A DNA stretch of 64,000 nucleotides from an uncultured Holophagaceae bacterium (GCA_903913215.1 CAIWKE010000034.1:13483-77482); one strand, 5' to 3'. Shown: positions 9,445-18,852, counted from the first letter of the stretch. Made by a program: numbers and translations. The notes: a model not told the origin generated them from the letters alone.

Positions 9445-10698
9445 ATGCCCACGCACCCGACCAACGCCTTTGAAGCCATGCAGGCCCGCCTGCGCGTCGC
9501 CTCCGAGCTCTATGGGCTGGATGACGCACTGTTCAAGGTGTTCATGGCCACGAACCGGTCCATGATCGTCAGCCTCCCCGTCCTCATGGACAACGGCCAG
9601 TGGGAGGTCTTCACGGGCTTCCGGGTGCAGCACAGCACCGCGCGCGGCCCCGCCAAAGGTGGCATTCGTTATGACCTGAACGTGTCCCTGGACGAGGTTA
9701 AGGCCCTGGCGGCCTGGATGACTTGGAAGTGCGCCGTGGTCGACGTGCCCTTCGGCGGCGGCAAGGGCGGCATCATCTGCGATCCCTCCAAATTGAGCAC
9801 GGGCGAGAAGGAGCGGCTCACCCGCCGCTACATCGCAGAGATCATGGACATCATTGGTCCCGATCGCGACGTCCCCGCTCCGGACATGGGCACGGATTCC
9901 CAGACCATGGCCTGGGTACTGGACACGTATTCCATGCATGTGCGCCACACGGAAAACGCAGTGGTGACCGGCAAGCCCCTGGGTCTGGGGGGAAGCCTCG
10001 GCCGCAACGAGGCCACCGGCCGCGGCATCCTCATCGCCGCCCGGGAAGCCATGCAGCGCCTGGGCAAGCCTCTGGCTGGCGCCACCGTCGCCGTGCAGGG
10101 CTTCGGCAACGTGGGCCATCAGGCCTCCCGTCTCCTGCACGAAGCCGGGGCCCGCATCGTGGCCGTCAGCGATTCCCAGGGCGCCATCAAAAACGACCGG
10201 GGTCTGGACGTCCACGCCCTCCTCAAGCACCGCAGCGAGACCCGCACCGTGGTCGGCTTCAAGGGTGCCGAGCCCATGGATCCCGCCGCCCTGCTCACGC
10301 ACGCCGTGGACATCTTGATCCCTGCCGCTACGGAGAACCAGATCACCGAGGACAACGCCGCCCAGGTGCGCGCCAAGGTCATCGTGGAAGGTGCCAACGG
10401 CCCCACCACTCCCGAAGCGGATCCCATCCTGTTGGAGCACGGGGTTCTCGTGGTGCCCGACATCCTGGCCAATGCCGGTGGCGTCACCGTCAGCTACTTC
10501 GAGTGGGTGCAGAATCGTCAGGGCTTCTACTGGCGTGAGCGCGAGATCAACGAGCGCCTGGTGGACTACATGACCCACGCCTTCCAGGCCACCTTCGCCA
10601 CCACGGACAAGTACAAGACCAATCCCCGCATCGGAGCCTATATCCTGGCGCTGGACCGTGTGGCTCAGGCGATGCGTTTCCGCGGCTTCTACGCCTAA
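9445..10698 (+). CDS. gdhA: Glutamate dehydrogenase (Glu/Leu/Phe/Val dehydrogenase family)
   Basis: GPAKGGIRY catalytic Lys region. Rossmann motif VAVQGFGNVG. Confidence 0.9.
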   Translation: MPTHPTNAFEAMQARLRVASELYGLDDALFKVFMATNRSMIVSLPVLMDNGQWEVFTGFRVQHSTARGPAKGGIRYDLNVSLDEVKALAAWMTWKCAVVDVPFGGGKGGIICDPSKLSTGEKERLTRRYIAEIMDIIGPDRDVPAPDMGTDSQTMAWVLDTYSMHVRHTENAVVTGKPLGLGGSLGRNEATGRGILIAAREAMQRLGKPLAGATVAVQGFGNVGHQASRLLHEAGARIVAVSDSQGAIKNDRGLDVHALLKHRSETRTVVGFKGAEPMDPAALLTHAVDILIPAATENQITEDNAAQVRAKVIVEGANGPTTPEADPILLEHGVLVVPDILANAGGVTVSYFEWVQNRQGFYWREREINERLVDYMTHAFQATFATTDKYKTNPRIGAYILALDRVAQAMRFRGFYA

Positions 10699-10767
10699 GC
10701 ACTCAATTCAAGACAGATAGGTTCCGGGGGGCTAGACTGTAGGTTCATCCCACCTGCGAGTCTGCCA

Positions 10768-12651
10768 GTGGCACGTACGCGCTTCCAGGACCCCACGTCC
10801 AATGTGTCCCTCCGGGATCTGCCGGCGGCGGCCTTGCGGGCGGTGCTGGCGGAGGGCTATAGCTCCCAGCAGTTCAAGCGGGACCTGACGGCGGGTTTCC
10901 TGGTGGGCATCGTGGCCCTGCCTCTGGCCATGGCCCTGGCCATCGCTGTGGGGGTGCCGCCCCAGCAGGGCCTCTACACCGCCATCATCGCCGGCTTCTT
11001 TACTGCCCTGCTGGGTGGTTCCCGCATCCAGGTGGCCGGCCCCACCGCCGCCTTCATCGTGGTGCTTGCGCCCCTGAACGCGAAATTCGGGATATCTGGC
11101 CTGCTCATCTCCGGCCTGCTGGCGGGCATCATCCTCATCGGCATGGGCCTGTTCCGCCTGGGCAAGCTGATCGAATTCATTCCCTTCCCGGTCACCACCG
11201 GCTTCACCAGCGGCATCGCCGTGGTCATCGCCACCCTCCAGGTGAAGGACCTCCTGGGCCTGCACCTGGCCCACAACCCGGACCACTTCCTGGAGCGGGT
11301 GGTGGCCATGGGGAGGGCTCTGCCCACGGCCAATCCCTGGGAGCTGGCCATCGGCCTCCCCACCCTGGCCATCCTCCTGCTGCCCCGCCTGCCCAAGCGC
11401 CGTCTGGCCAAGCTGCCCCGCTACCTCCGCAAGATCCCCACCCCGCTCCTGGCTCTGCCCCTGGCCGCCGTGGCCGCCTGGGCCCTGGGCCGCTGGGTTC
11501 CCGGCTTCTCCGTGGACACCATCGGCAGCCGCTTCCACACGCTCGTGAATGGCCACCTGGTGTCAGGCATTCCCCAGGTGCTGCCCGCCTTCGTCTGGCC
11601 CTGGAATGCCCCAGGTGCGGATGGCCAGGCCATGGGGCTCAGCCTCGGTACCATCCGCATCCTGCTGCCCAGCGCCTTCGCCGTGGCTATGCTGGGAGCC
11701 ATCGAGTCTCTCCTGTCCGCTGTGGTGGCGGATGGGATGGCGCGCACCCGTCATGATCCAGACGCAGAGCTCATGGCCCTGGGCGTAGGCAACATCCTCG
11801 CGCCGTTCTTCGGCGGCATCCCCGCCACGGGGGCCATCGCCCGCACGGCCACCAACTTCCGCTTCGGGGGCCGGACCCCCATCGCCGCCATGACCCACGC
11901 CCTGACCATCCTGCTGGCCATCCTCCTCCTGGCACCCCTCATCAGCTACTTGCCCATGGCCAGCTTGGCGGCCCTGCTGCTGCTGGTGGCCTGGAACATG
12001 TCCGAGGCTGAGCATTTCCTTCATACGGTCCGGGTGGCCCCCAAGAGCGATGTGGCCGTACTGCTCACCTGCTTCTTCCTCACCGTGGTGTTCGACATGG
12101 TCATCGCAGTCACGGTGGGCATCATGCTGGCCTCCCTGCTCTTCATGCGCCGCATGGCCAGCGTGTCTGAGGGGCATGTGAGCCAGATGGACCACCGCTC
12201 CCTGCCCGGCCCCCTGCCCGAGGGTGTGATCATCTACGACCTGTCCGGCCCTCTCTTTTTCGGCGCTGCGGAGCGGGCCCTCAATGCGATGCGGGCCATC
12301 GAGGCGGACGTCCGGGCCATCGTGTTCCGCATGGAGCAGGTGCCCAGCGCCGACGTGACTGGCCTGGTGGCCATGGAAGGCGTCCTGCGGGAGATGGCCC
12401 GCCAGAACATCAAGGCCATCTTCGTGGGCCTGCATGGCCAGGCCCAGGCTGTCTTCCAGCGGGGCGGCCTGAGGGACAAGCCTGGCGAGGTGGCCTTCTG
12501 CGCCACCATGGTGGATGTGTTCCACGTGCTGGACGCCAAGCTCCACACCTATCGTCGGCGGAACCTGGGGCCCCTGCGCTTCCAGGTGCTGCACCGGGAG
12601 CGGGTGCTGCGCAGGTCCAAGGATGAGGAAGGCTTCAGCAACCCAAGCTAG
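10768..12651 (+). CDS. SulP-family anion transporter with C-terminal STAS domain
   Basis: Multi-TM Sulfate_transp core (GIVALPLAMALAIAVGVPP, GLYTAIIAGF). C-terminal STAS-like region (VIIYDLSGPLFFGAA). Confidence 0.85.
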   Translation: MARTRFQDPTSNVSLRDLPAAALRAVLAEGYSSQQFKRDLTAGFLVGIVALPLAMALAIAVGVPPQQGLYTAIIAGFFTALLGGSRIQVAGPTAAFIVVLAPLNAKFGISGLLISGLLAGIILIGMGLFRLGKLIEFIPFPVTTGFTSGIAVVIATLQVKDLLGLHLAHNPDHFLERVVAMGRALPTANPWELAIGLPTLAILLLPRLPKRRLAKLPRYLRKIPTPLLALPLAAVAAWALGRWVPGFSVDTIGSRFHTLVNGHLVSGIPQVLPAFVWPWNAPGADGQAMGLSLGTIRILLPSAFAVAMLGAIESLLSAVVADGMARTRHDPDAELMALGVGNILAPFFGGIPATGAIARTATNFRFGGRTPIAAMTHALTILLAILLLAPLISYLPMASLAALLLLVAWNMSEAEHFLHTVRVAPKSDVAVLLTCFFLTVVFDMVIAVTVGIMLASLLFMRRMASVSEGHVSQMDHRSLPGPLPEGVIIYDLSGPLFFGAAERALNAMRAIEADVRAIVFRMEQVPSADVTGLVAMEGVLREMARQNIKAIFVGLHGQAQAVFQRGGLRDKPGEVAFCATMVDVFHVLDAKLHTYRRRNLGPLRFQVLHRERVLRRSKDEEGFSNPS

Positions 12652-15131
12652 AACACCCTCAGCAGCGCCACCAGTCCCGTCACCGACTTGAGGCCTGCGA
12701 TATCGCTCTGGAGGCCCAATCCCAGGTCCACCCGGACTGCGGTGAACCACCCGAAACCCGGAAGGTCTCCGGTAATGCCCAGGCCGCTCACGCCGTAGGT
12801 CCGGCCGTCATCCAGGCTGCGGGCACGGGCCGTCTCCAGACTCAGGGCTAGGCGGAGGCTGGGGCCCGTGGGAATGGTGAGGCTGGCTTTGGCATAGCTC
12901 ACCTGATCCGCGGCGATGGCGTTGGAGCGGATCCCCGCGATGCGGACCACGGAGCCGGACCCGCCCACGTCCAGGGCGTTGAAGCGGTCGAAGGAGCGTC
13001 CTCCGGCCCAGCCCGCCTCCGTGTGGAACCAGAAGCCCGGCCGGGCCTCATGGTCGTAGCCGAGGCTGCCCCCGAAGCGGCGGAAGCTCCCACCATCCGG
13101 TACCACCTGGGGCCGGGCGGGGGTGCCGTAGGTGCCCTCGGGACGATTGCCCCATCCCTCGAAGCCGCGCACCTGGAAGCCCCGGAAGAGCCAGGAGCCC
13201 TGCAAGGTACCGACCTTGGTGAGGCCCGAGGGGGGCAGGCTGAAGTTCGGTGTCCGGTACTTGCTGTCGCCCAGTCCATAGTCGTCGTAGTTGAAGTCGC
13301 CCCGCCCCTCCAGCCGGAAGCCCAGCCCCAGATCCTGACCCAGTTCCAGCCCCAGCTGGCCGAAGCGGTGGCCCACGCCATCCTGATCCACCAGCTTGCC
13401 GTTCTGCACGGGGCGCTCGGTGCTCTTGAGGAGCAGGGCCGAGGCGTTGGCGGAAAGGTCCATGCTGCCCAGGCCCCGGGGGATGGCGATGCTGGCAGTG
13501 TTGAAGACCAGGGCCGTGAGAGCGTTGAGCTGGATGCCCTTGCCGAAGGCGTTGTAGTCGAAGTAGATGAGCCCCGGGAACGCCGCCACGGGCGGGCTCA
13601 TTCCGGGATCCGCCAGCATCACGCCGGCCAGGGCGCGACCGCTGCTGCGGGCCTGTTCGTCGATCTTGCGGGAGCCGTCAGCCTGCCGCGTGAAGTAGCG
13701 TGGGCCCTCGGGCGTGATCTTGAGCATGGTGCCGCTGGAGCCCCTCGCCGTCTCACGCTCTGCCACGAAGGCGGCGTTGTTCAATTGAAAGTCCCGGTAG
13801 GTGAAGCGCCGCTGCACCTGGATCACGCCGTCCGTACTCACCCAGCGCTCAAAGGTCTTCACCTCCAGGGGGCGCCAAACGCCGGGCGCCACCTCGCCAT
13901 AGCTGAGAATCTCCCGCTCGCTCTTGACGGTGCCCGGCAGGTCCGTACGCTCCCGTCGCTCCACCCACACGCGGCCACTGGCCTCCTCCACCTCCAGTTC
14001 CCCGGTGTAGGCCAGGGGATCTGGGCTCACGGGCTCGAAGCGCAGCAGGCGGCGGCCCAGCCCCGCGGGGCCGCCGTCGCGGTAGCGATACCGCTCCGTG
14101 AGGCCCAGGGCGATGGGAAGGGAAACCGAGCGGCGGCTTTCAATGAGGGGGAGTTGCACCTCGCCCTTGAGGTTGGCCCTCACACCGTTGAGCCGGACCT
14201 CCTTCTGGAGCAACTCGGGCCACTCGCCCACCTGCTCAAAGTAGCCGAAGCTGAAGCCGAGATCCCCGCCCCGGCCGCTGGAGCCCTGGATGTGCAGGTC
14301 CAGGTCTGCCTTCGCCTGGACCGTATGGACCCCTGCCCGAGTCCGCAGCTGGCCGGCACGCACCCGGGCCAGCAGAGCGCCCACGTCATAGGCCTCCGCA
14401 GTGGTGACGGCCACCTCCGTGCGCGCCTTGGGCAGGGGGCTGGGGGACCACAGGCCCTCAGCGAAGGTCCAGCGTCGGGACTCGCCTCGGCGAGAGCGCA
14501 GGGTGAGGTCACCGGGCCCGCCCTCCACGTCCAGGGGACCGGATGGGAGGAGGCTCGCCAAGGCCGCAGCTGGGCCGCCCGGGGGCACCACCAGGCGCCC
14601 ACCATCGCCCAGCAGGGCGGCGACCAGGGCGCCAGGATCCCGTGGCAGCCAGAGGGTCCAAGGACGGCCCGGGAAGCGCGCTTGGGCGGCCTCCAGTTGG
14701 GGGCGCCAGACCTCAGGCTCCAGGCTGAGGTCCGCGGGCACCAGGGCCCCCCCGTCCACGGCGCCCCAGGCGTTCTCATCCAAGATGGGGGCGGCCTCCG
14801 GGTCAAAGGCCACGAAGAGGAGCTGGCCTGGGTTCTGTGCCTTGAGGGCCTGGGCCGCCGCCAGCAGGAGAGGGACGCGGGGCCCGCTCCGGGGCAGCCG
14901 GATACGCACTGAAGTGGCTCCCCGCAGCGGGGTCAGGAGGGGGGTCCAGTGGCCTCGGGCAGACTCCACCTGGGCCGCATCGCGGTTGTCCCTGGGCAGG
15001 AGGGCCCCGGCCTCGACGGTCCTCAGGTCCAGATCCGCAGGCTGAGGGAGGCCCACGCCCAGGAGGACGGGTGTCTGGGCCCCCAGGGGGGCGGCGAACA
15101 TGGTGATCAGAAGCAGGGAACCTTTTCGCAC
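12648..15131 (-). CDS. Large outer-membrane protein (unknown N-terminal region + C-terminal beta-barrel)
   Basis: Signal peptide MRKGSLLLITMFAAPLGAQ. C-terminal ~270 aa are Gly/aromatic-rich alternating strands ending LVALLRVF. Its stop shares the palindrome CTAG with the SulP stop. Confidence 0.6.
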   Translation of the reverse strand: MRKGSLLLITMFAAPLGAQTPVLLGVGLPQPADLDLRTVEAGALLPRDNRDAAQVESARGHWTPLLTPLRGATSVRIRLPRSGPRVPLLLAAAQALKAQNPGQLLFVAFDPEAAPILDENAWGAVDGGALVPADLSLEPEVWRPQLEAAQARFPGRPWTLWLPRDPGALVAALLGDGGRLVVPPGGPAAALASLLPSGPLDVEGGPGDLTLRSRRGESRRWTFAEGLWSPSPLPKARTEVAVTTAEAYDVGALLARVRAGQLRTRAGVHTVQAKADLDLHIQGSSGRGGDLGFSFGYFEQVGEWPELLQKEVRLNGVRANLKGEVQLPLIESRRSVSLPIALGLTERYRYRDGGPAGLGRRLLRFEPVSPDPLAYTGELEVEEASGRVWVERRERTDLPGTVKSEREILSYGEVAPGVWRPLEVKTFERWVSTDGVIQVQRRFTYRDFQLNNAAFVAERETARGSSGTMLKITPEGPRYFTRQADGSRKIDEQARSSGRALAGVMLADPGMSPPVAAFPGLIYFDYNAFGKGIQLNALTALVFNTASIAIPRGLGSMDLSANASALLLKSTERPVQNGKLVDQDGVGHRFGQLGLELGQDLGLGFRLEGRGDFNYDDYGLGDSKYRTPNFSLPPSGLTKVGTLQGSWLFRGFQVRGFEGWGNRPEGTYGTPARPQVVPDGGSFRRFGGSLGYDHEARPGFWFHTEAGWAGGRSFDRFNALDVGGSGSVVRIAGIRSNAIAADQVSYAKASLTIPTGPSLRLALSLETARARSLDDGRTYGVSGLGITGDLPGFGWFTAVRVDLGLGLQSDIAGLKSVTGLVALLRVF

Positions 15132-15191
15132 GACGACTCCAGCTCACCTGAGCCTACCGCCAAGGGCCGGCTCCGGTATCCTCGAAGGTCT

Positions 15192-16379
15192 ATGCGATTC
15201 ACGGTCCGCCTCACCCATGCCAACGGCGAAGTGTTGGTGCGCGAGTTCGAAGCCGACAACTCGGAGGCGCTCCATGCCCGAGTGTTGGCGGAGGGCGGCT
15301 TTCCGCTGGAGATCACGCGCACGGACACGGCCTTCCGCAGCCGCAGCCAGCTCAAGACCGAATCCCTGGTGCTCTTCAACCAGGAGCTGCTGGCCCTGCT
15401 GAAGGCGGGCATCCCGCTGCTGCAGTCCCTGGAGCTGCTGGTAGGCCACGGCAAGGATGCCCAGCTGCGCCGGAGCCTGACCCAGGTGGTGGAGCTGGTG
15501 CGCGAGGGCATGTCCTTCTCGGACGCCCTGGAGCAGGCGGGCTCCTTCCCCCCCATCTACCGCAGCAACGTGGTCGCTGGCGAGCGAAGTGGCACCCTGC
15601 CTGAGGTGCTGGCCCGCTGGCTGTCCTTCCAGAAATTCGCTCAGACCAGCCGGCGCCGCATCATCGAGGCCCTCTTCTACCCGGCCTTCCTGGTGGGCGT
15701 CCTCATCTTGGCCCTGGGCGTGATCTTCAACGTGGTGCTACCCCGCTTCGCAGAGTTCTACGCCGGAGGGGACATCGAGATGCCCATGATCACCCGGGCC
15801 CTCCTGGGCGCCGGCCACCTGGTCAGCTCCACGATCTGGCTACAGGCCATCGTGGGCGTGGGCCTGGTGATCCTCGGCCGCTGGATGGTGGCTTCGGAAG
15901 CGGGACGCCGCCTGGGTGAGCGTCTGATCCTCAGCCTGCCCAAGGTCGGGACGCTCTTCCGGATGTACCACTCCAGCGTCTTCTCCCGCACCTTGGGCGT
16001 GCTGCTGGCTGGGGGCCTCCCAGCCCTGCAGGCCCTGGAGGTGGTGCAGCGCACCAGCCCCAGCGAGCGAATGAAGACTGGCCTCATCACAATCACCGAG
16101 AAGGTTCGTGCGGGCAGCAGCCTGCACCTTGCCCTGGAGCAGGCCAAGGTGCTGGATCCCCTGGCCGTCGAAATGGTGCGCGTGGGCGAGCAGAGCAGCG
16201 CCCTGCCCGAGATGCTCGATCACGTGGCTGACTTCTTCGACCAGGAAGTGGAGAAGGCCACCACCGCAGTCACCAGCCTCATCGGCCCCATCCTCATCCT
16301 GTTCATGGGTGTGGTGGTGCTGGCCCTCCTGCTGGCCATCTACGTGCCCCTCTTCAACGCCAGCAACGTCGTTCATTAG
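15192..16379 (+). CDS. Type II secretion / type IV pilus platform protein (GspF/PilC family)
   Basis: Two T2SSF repeats (FNQELLALLKAGIPLLQSLELL ... and FSRTLGVLLAGGLPALQALEVV). ORF trimmed to the ATG at 15192. Confidence 0.85.
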   Translation: MRFTVRLTHANGEVLVREFEADNSEALHARVLAEGGFPLEITRTDTAFRSRSQLKTESLVLFNQELLALLKAGIPLLQSLELLVGHGKDAQLRRSLTQVVELVREGMSFSDALEQAGSFPPIYRSNVVAGERSGTLPEVLARWLSFQKFAQTSRRRIIEALFYPAFLVGVLILALGVIFNVVLPRFAEFYAGGDIEMPMITRALLGAGHLVSSTIWLQAIVGVGLVILGRWMVASEAGRRLGERLILSLPKVGTLFRMYHSSVFSRTLGVLLAGGLPALQALEVVQRTSPSERMKTGLITITEKVRAGSSLHLALEQAKVLDPLAVEMVRVGEQSSALPEMLDHVADFFDQEVEKATTAVTSLIGPILILFMGVVVLALLLAIYVPLFNASNVVH

Positions 16380-16384
16380 GGCCG

Positions 16385-17545
16385 CTATTTATATTTCTTC
16401 TTCAGCCACTTCTGCGGATCCTGCGCCTGCGCCTGGTGGCGGATCTCGAAGCCGAGGCGGGGGCCGTCCACGGTGTCACCCACGGCGCCCACGGCCTCAC
16501 CGGCTTTGAGGATCTGGCCCTTGCTCACGATGATCCCCTGCAGGTGCATGTAGAGCGTGAACCAACCGCCGCCGTGGTCGAGGATGACCATGGGGCCATA
16601 GCTCTGGTAGTAGTCCGCGAAGGCCACCTTGCCCTCGGCCACAGCTCCCACGAGGGTGCCCAGCGCCGCCGTGATGAGCAGCCCACTCTGCATGGTCTTG
16701 GTATGGAAGCGGGGGTGCAGGTGCTCGCCGAAGCCCACAGCCAGGCTGCCCTCCACGGGCTGGGAGAGTTCCCCCCGCAGATTCGCGAAGACCTGGCTCG
16801 CTTCAAAAGCCTCTCCTCTGGGTTTGCCCAGCAGGCCTGACAGCAGGCGCTCCAACTGCAGGGCCTCCTCAGCCAGCTCCGCCTGGGCCTGCTTCTGGGC
16901 CGTCTCGTCCTGTTGAAGGCCATCCAGGAAGGTGTTGAGCTTCTCCTCCTGCAGGCGCAGCCCCGACTGCAACTGGGCGGCTTCGCGCTCGTCGGCGGCC
17001 AGCCGGGCCAGCACCTCCTTGAGGGATTTCTCCTTGGCCGCCAGATCTCCCTGGAGCCGGTGGATCAGGTCCAGGCGCTTGCGCTCCTGGAGCCGCGCCC
17101 AGGCCAGCATGCGACCGCGCACGAGCCAAGCCTCCAAATCCTTGAAGGTGGTGTAGAAGCCCACGTCCCCCAAGGGCCCCAGGGCCTGCATCCAGCGCAC
17201 CTGCTTCCGCAGGTCGCCCTGGAGGCGCTGCACCTCACCTTGGATGCGGAGCTGCTCCCGACCGATGTTCTGGACCTCGCTCCTGGCTTGATCCCGCCGC
17301 AGCCGCGCACCCTCCACCTGGGCCATGGCCCGGTCCCGCTGCAGCGCGATGCCCTGAATCTCGACCAGCACACCCTTGCGGCGCTTCTTGAGGGAAGCCA
17401 GCTGCTGGTCCACCTGCCCCAGGCGCCCTTGGATGGCCGCCAGCTTCTGGCGCAACTCCGCTGGGTCTGGTGTGGATTGCGCAAGCACCAGGACCGACAA
17501 CGGGGCCGTCAGCAGAACTGGCAGGAGCCTCCCCATAGGCCGCAT
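16385..17545 (-). CDS. EnvC-like murein hydrolase activator (coiled coil + degenerate LytM/M23 domain)
   Basis: Signal peptide, ~230-aa Q/L/R/E-rich coiled coil, and a C-terminal M23 fold. The catalytic HxH is replaced (GPRLGFEIRH instead of GPHLHFE), as in inactive EnvC-type activators. Confidence 0.8.
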   Translation of the reverse strand: MRPMGRLLPVLLTAPLSVLVLAQSTPDPAELRQKLAAIQGRLGQVDQQLASLKKRRKGVLVEIQGIALQRDRAMAQVEGARLRRDQARSEVQNIGREQLRIQGEVQRLQGDLRKQVRWMQALGPLGDVGFYTTFKDLEAWLVRGRMLAWARLQERKRLDLIHRLQGDLAAKEKSLKEVLARLAADEREAAQLQSGLRLQEEKLNTFLDGLQQDETAQKQAQAELAEEALQLERLLSGLLGKPRGEAFEASQVFANLRGELSQPVEGSLAVGFGEHLHPRFHTKTMQSGLLITAALGTLVGAVAEGKVAFADYYQSYGPMVILDHGGGWFTLYMHLQGIIVSKGQILKAGEAVGAVGDTVDGPRLGFEIRHQAQAQDPQKWLKKKYK

Positions 17546-17547
17546 CG

Positions 17548-18288
17548 TTACTTCCGGCCGCCCGCAGGAATGAGCATGGCCAGGGCCCCCAGCACCAGCG
17601 GGCCGCCGATGGAGAGGGGCAGGGCCAGGGGTGAGAAGGGATCAGATGGCAGCTGGGCCATGGGGAGCAGGCGGACGAAGATCTCGAGCACTCGCACCTG
17701 GCCGGCACTCCAGCCCAGGTCCTGGCCGAAGTCCAGGAAGAAGCTGAGTCCGGGGCCCAATTGCCGAAGCATCAGGGTAAGGAGCAGGGCCAGGCCTGCA
17801 CTGGACTTCAGGAGCCGGGAGAGGAGCACGCCCCAGAGCAGCATCTGGAGGCCCAGGAGCAGACCATGGAGGTCCGCCCGCAGCAGTTCCGAGGGCCAGG
17901 CAGCACCCATGAGGCGCCAGCTCAGGGCCCAGACCGGGACCAGGGCCACCTGGGAGAGAAAGAGCCCGTGGGCGAAGCCCAGCCCCGTGCCCATGAAAAA
18001 GCCCTTGAGGCGCTCGCCGCGCGCCGCCGCCGCCGTCCACTGGCTGATGGGACCGAAGGCGCCCAGCAGGATCACCAGAGAGACCACCCAGTACATGACG
18101 CCCTGCAGGTTGCCTACGGCGTAGGAGCGCAGCGAGTCCGCGCCCAGGGGCACGGGCGTGCCGAAGAGGAGCACCTGCGAACCGCCATCGACCTGCTGCC
18201 CGCGCACACCCATGAGCACCAGTCCCGTGAAGAACAGGGCGACCAGGGTCCAGCCGATGCGCAGCTTTGAACTTCCAAAACGATCCAT
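17548..18288 (-). CDS. Polytopic membrane protein (~6 TM, ABC-2-permease-like topology), function unknown
   Basis: Six hydrophobic segments. Lies 2 nt upstream of the EnvC-like gene. I recognise no family motif. Confidence 0.55.
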   Translation of the reverse strand: MDRFGSSKLRIGWTLVALFFTGLVLMGVRGQQVDGGSQVLLFGTPVPLGADSLRSYAVGNLQGVMYWVVSLVILLGAFGPISQWTAAAARGERLKGFFMGTGLGFAHGLFLSQVALVPVWALSWRLMGAAWPSELLRADLHGLLLGLQMLLWGVLLSRLLKSSAGLALLLTLMLRQLGPGLSFFLDFGQDLGWSAGQVRVLEIFVRLLPMAQLPSDPFSPLALPLSIGGPLVLGALAMLIPAGGRK

Positions 18289-18338
18289 GCAGTGCTCCAG
18301 GCCAATGCCTAGATGATACCCAGGGAGCCCGGTGCGGC

Positions 18339-18743
18339 TCAGCGCCCCGCCAGCACCCGCAGAAGGTGGGCCTTCACCTCAGCCAGGCGCTCGGGCAGGA
18401 CAGCCACGAAGACCGTGTCATCCCCGGCCAGCGTGCCCATCTGCCCCGCCACGGGCTCAGCATCCAGGAGCAGGCCCAGAGCCTGGGCGAAGCCCGGGGC
18501 CGTCCGCACGACCAGGAGATTCGGTGGGGCCTCCACGATGCGGAGCTCAGGCAGGGTCTGGGGACTCGGCTCCAGGCGACGGTAGCGACCCTGGACCTTC
18601 ACCACCCCCAGCCGCTTCAGGCGACGGGACAGGGTGGACTGGGTCAGCTCCTGCCCCGCCTGGGCCAGATGCGCCAGCAATTCACCCTGATCGGTGATGG
18701 GGGAGGCCTCCAGAAGGCGGAGGATGAGGGCGTCCAGGTCCAT
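18339..18743 (-). CDS. argR: Arginine repressor ArgR
   Basis: N-terminal winged-helix region (QGELLAHLAQAGQELTQSTLSRRLKRLGVVK). C-terminal oligomerisation/Arg-binding region (GTLAGDDTVFV). Divergent from the arg operon. Start taken at the ATG at 18743 (MDLDAL). Confidence 0.8.
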   Translation of the reverse strand: MDLDALILRLLEASPITDQGELLAHLAQAGQELTQSTLSRRLKRLGVVKVQGRYRRLEPSPQTLPELRIVEAPPNLLVVRTAPGFAQALGLLLDAEPVAGQMGTLAGDDTVFVAVLPERLAEVKAHLLRVLAGR

Positions 18744-18769
18744 GCATGAAGTGTGCATGAATTTGCATA
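18743..18769. promoter_or_regulatory. Candidate ArgR operator: three TGCAT motifs phased 10-11 bp apart
   Basis: ATGCATGAAGTGTGCATGAATTTGCATA, with TGCAT at 18743, 18754 and 18764. The core TGCAT-GAAT-TTGCA resembles the ARG-box palindrome TGAAT-W4-ATTCA / Bacillus-type ATGCA variant. Confidence 0.4.
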
Positions 18770-18816
18770 TTTGAACAAGCGCATTACATAAATTACGGAT
18801 GTTACGAGATTTTTTC

Positions 18817-18846
18817 TTGGTGTTTCAATTTTCCATCGCATAATAT
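18817..18846 (+). promoter_or_regulatory. Putative sigma70 promoter of the arg operon (TTGGTG-N18-TAATAT)
   Basis: Hexamers lie in the AT-rich divergent region. An upstream T-tract is present. The -10 element is embedded in the palindrome GCATAATATGC. Confidence 0.4.
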
Positions 18847-18852
18847 GCATTC
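18835..18852. promoter_or_regulatory. Candidate ArgR operator overlapping the -10 element
   Basis: ATCGCATAATATGCATTC is an imperfect palindrome built from GCAT/ATGC half-sites. Confidence 0.35.

Noticed and set aside
13023-14912. 629-aa plus-strand ORF inside the large OMP gene; similarly 56966..58618 (+), 28004..29485 (-), 4173..5576 (-), 6252..7538 (-), 9430..10578 (-), 40655..41866 (-) and 51386..52684 (-)
   Set aside because: All lie opposite better-supported genes, lack signal peptides and motifs, and have antisense-type composition. I treat them as GC artefacts.
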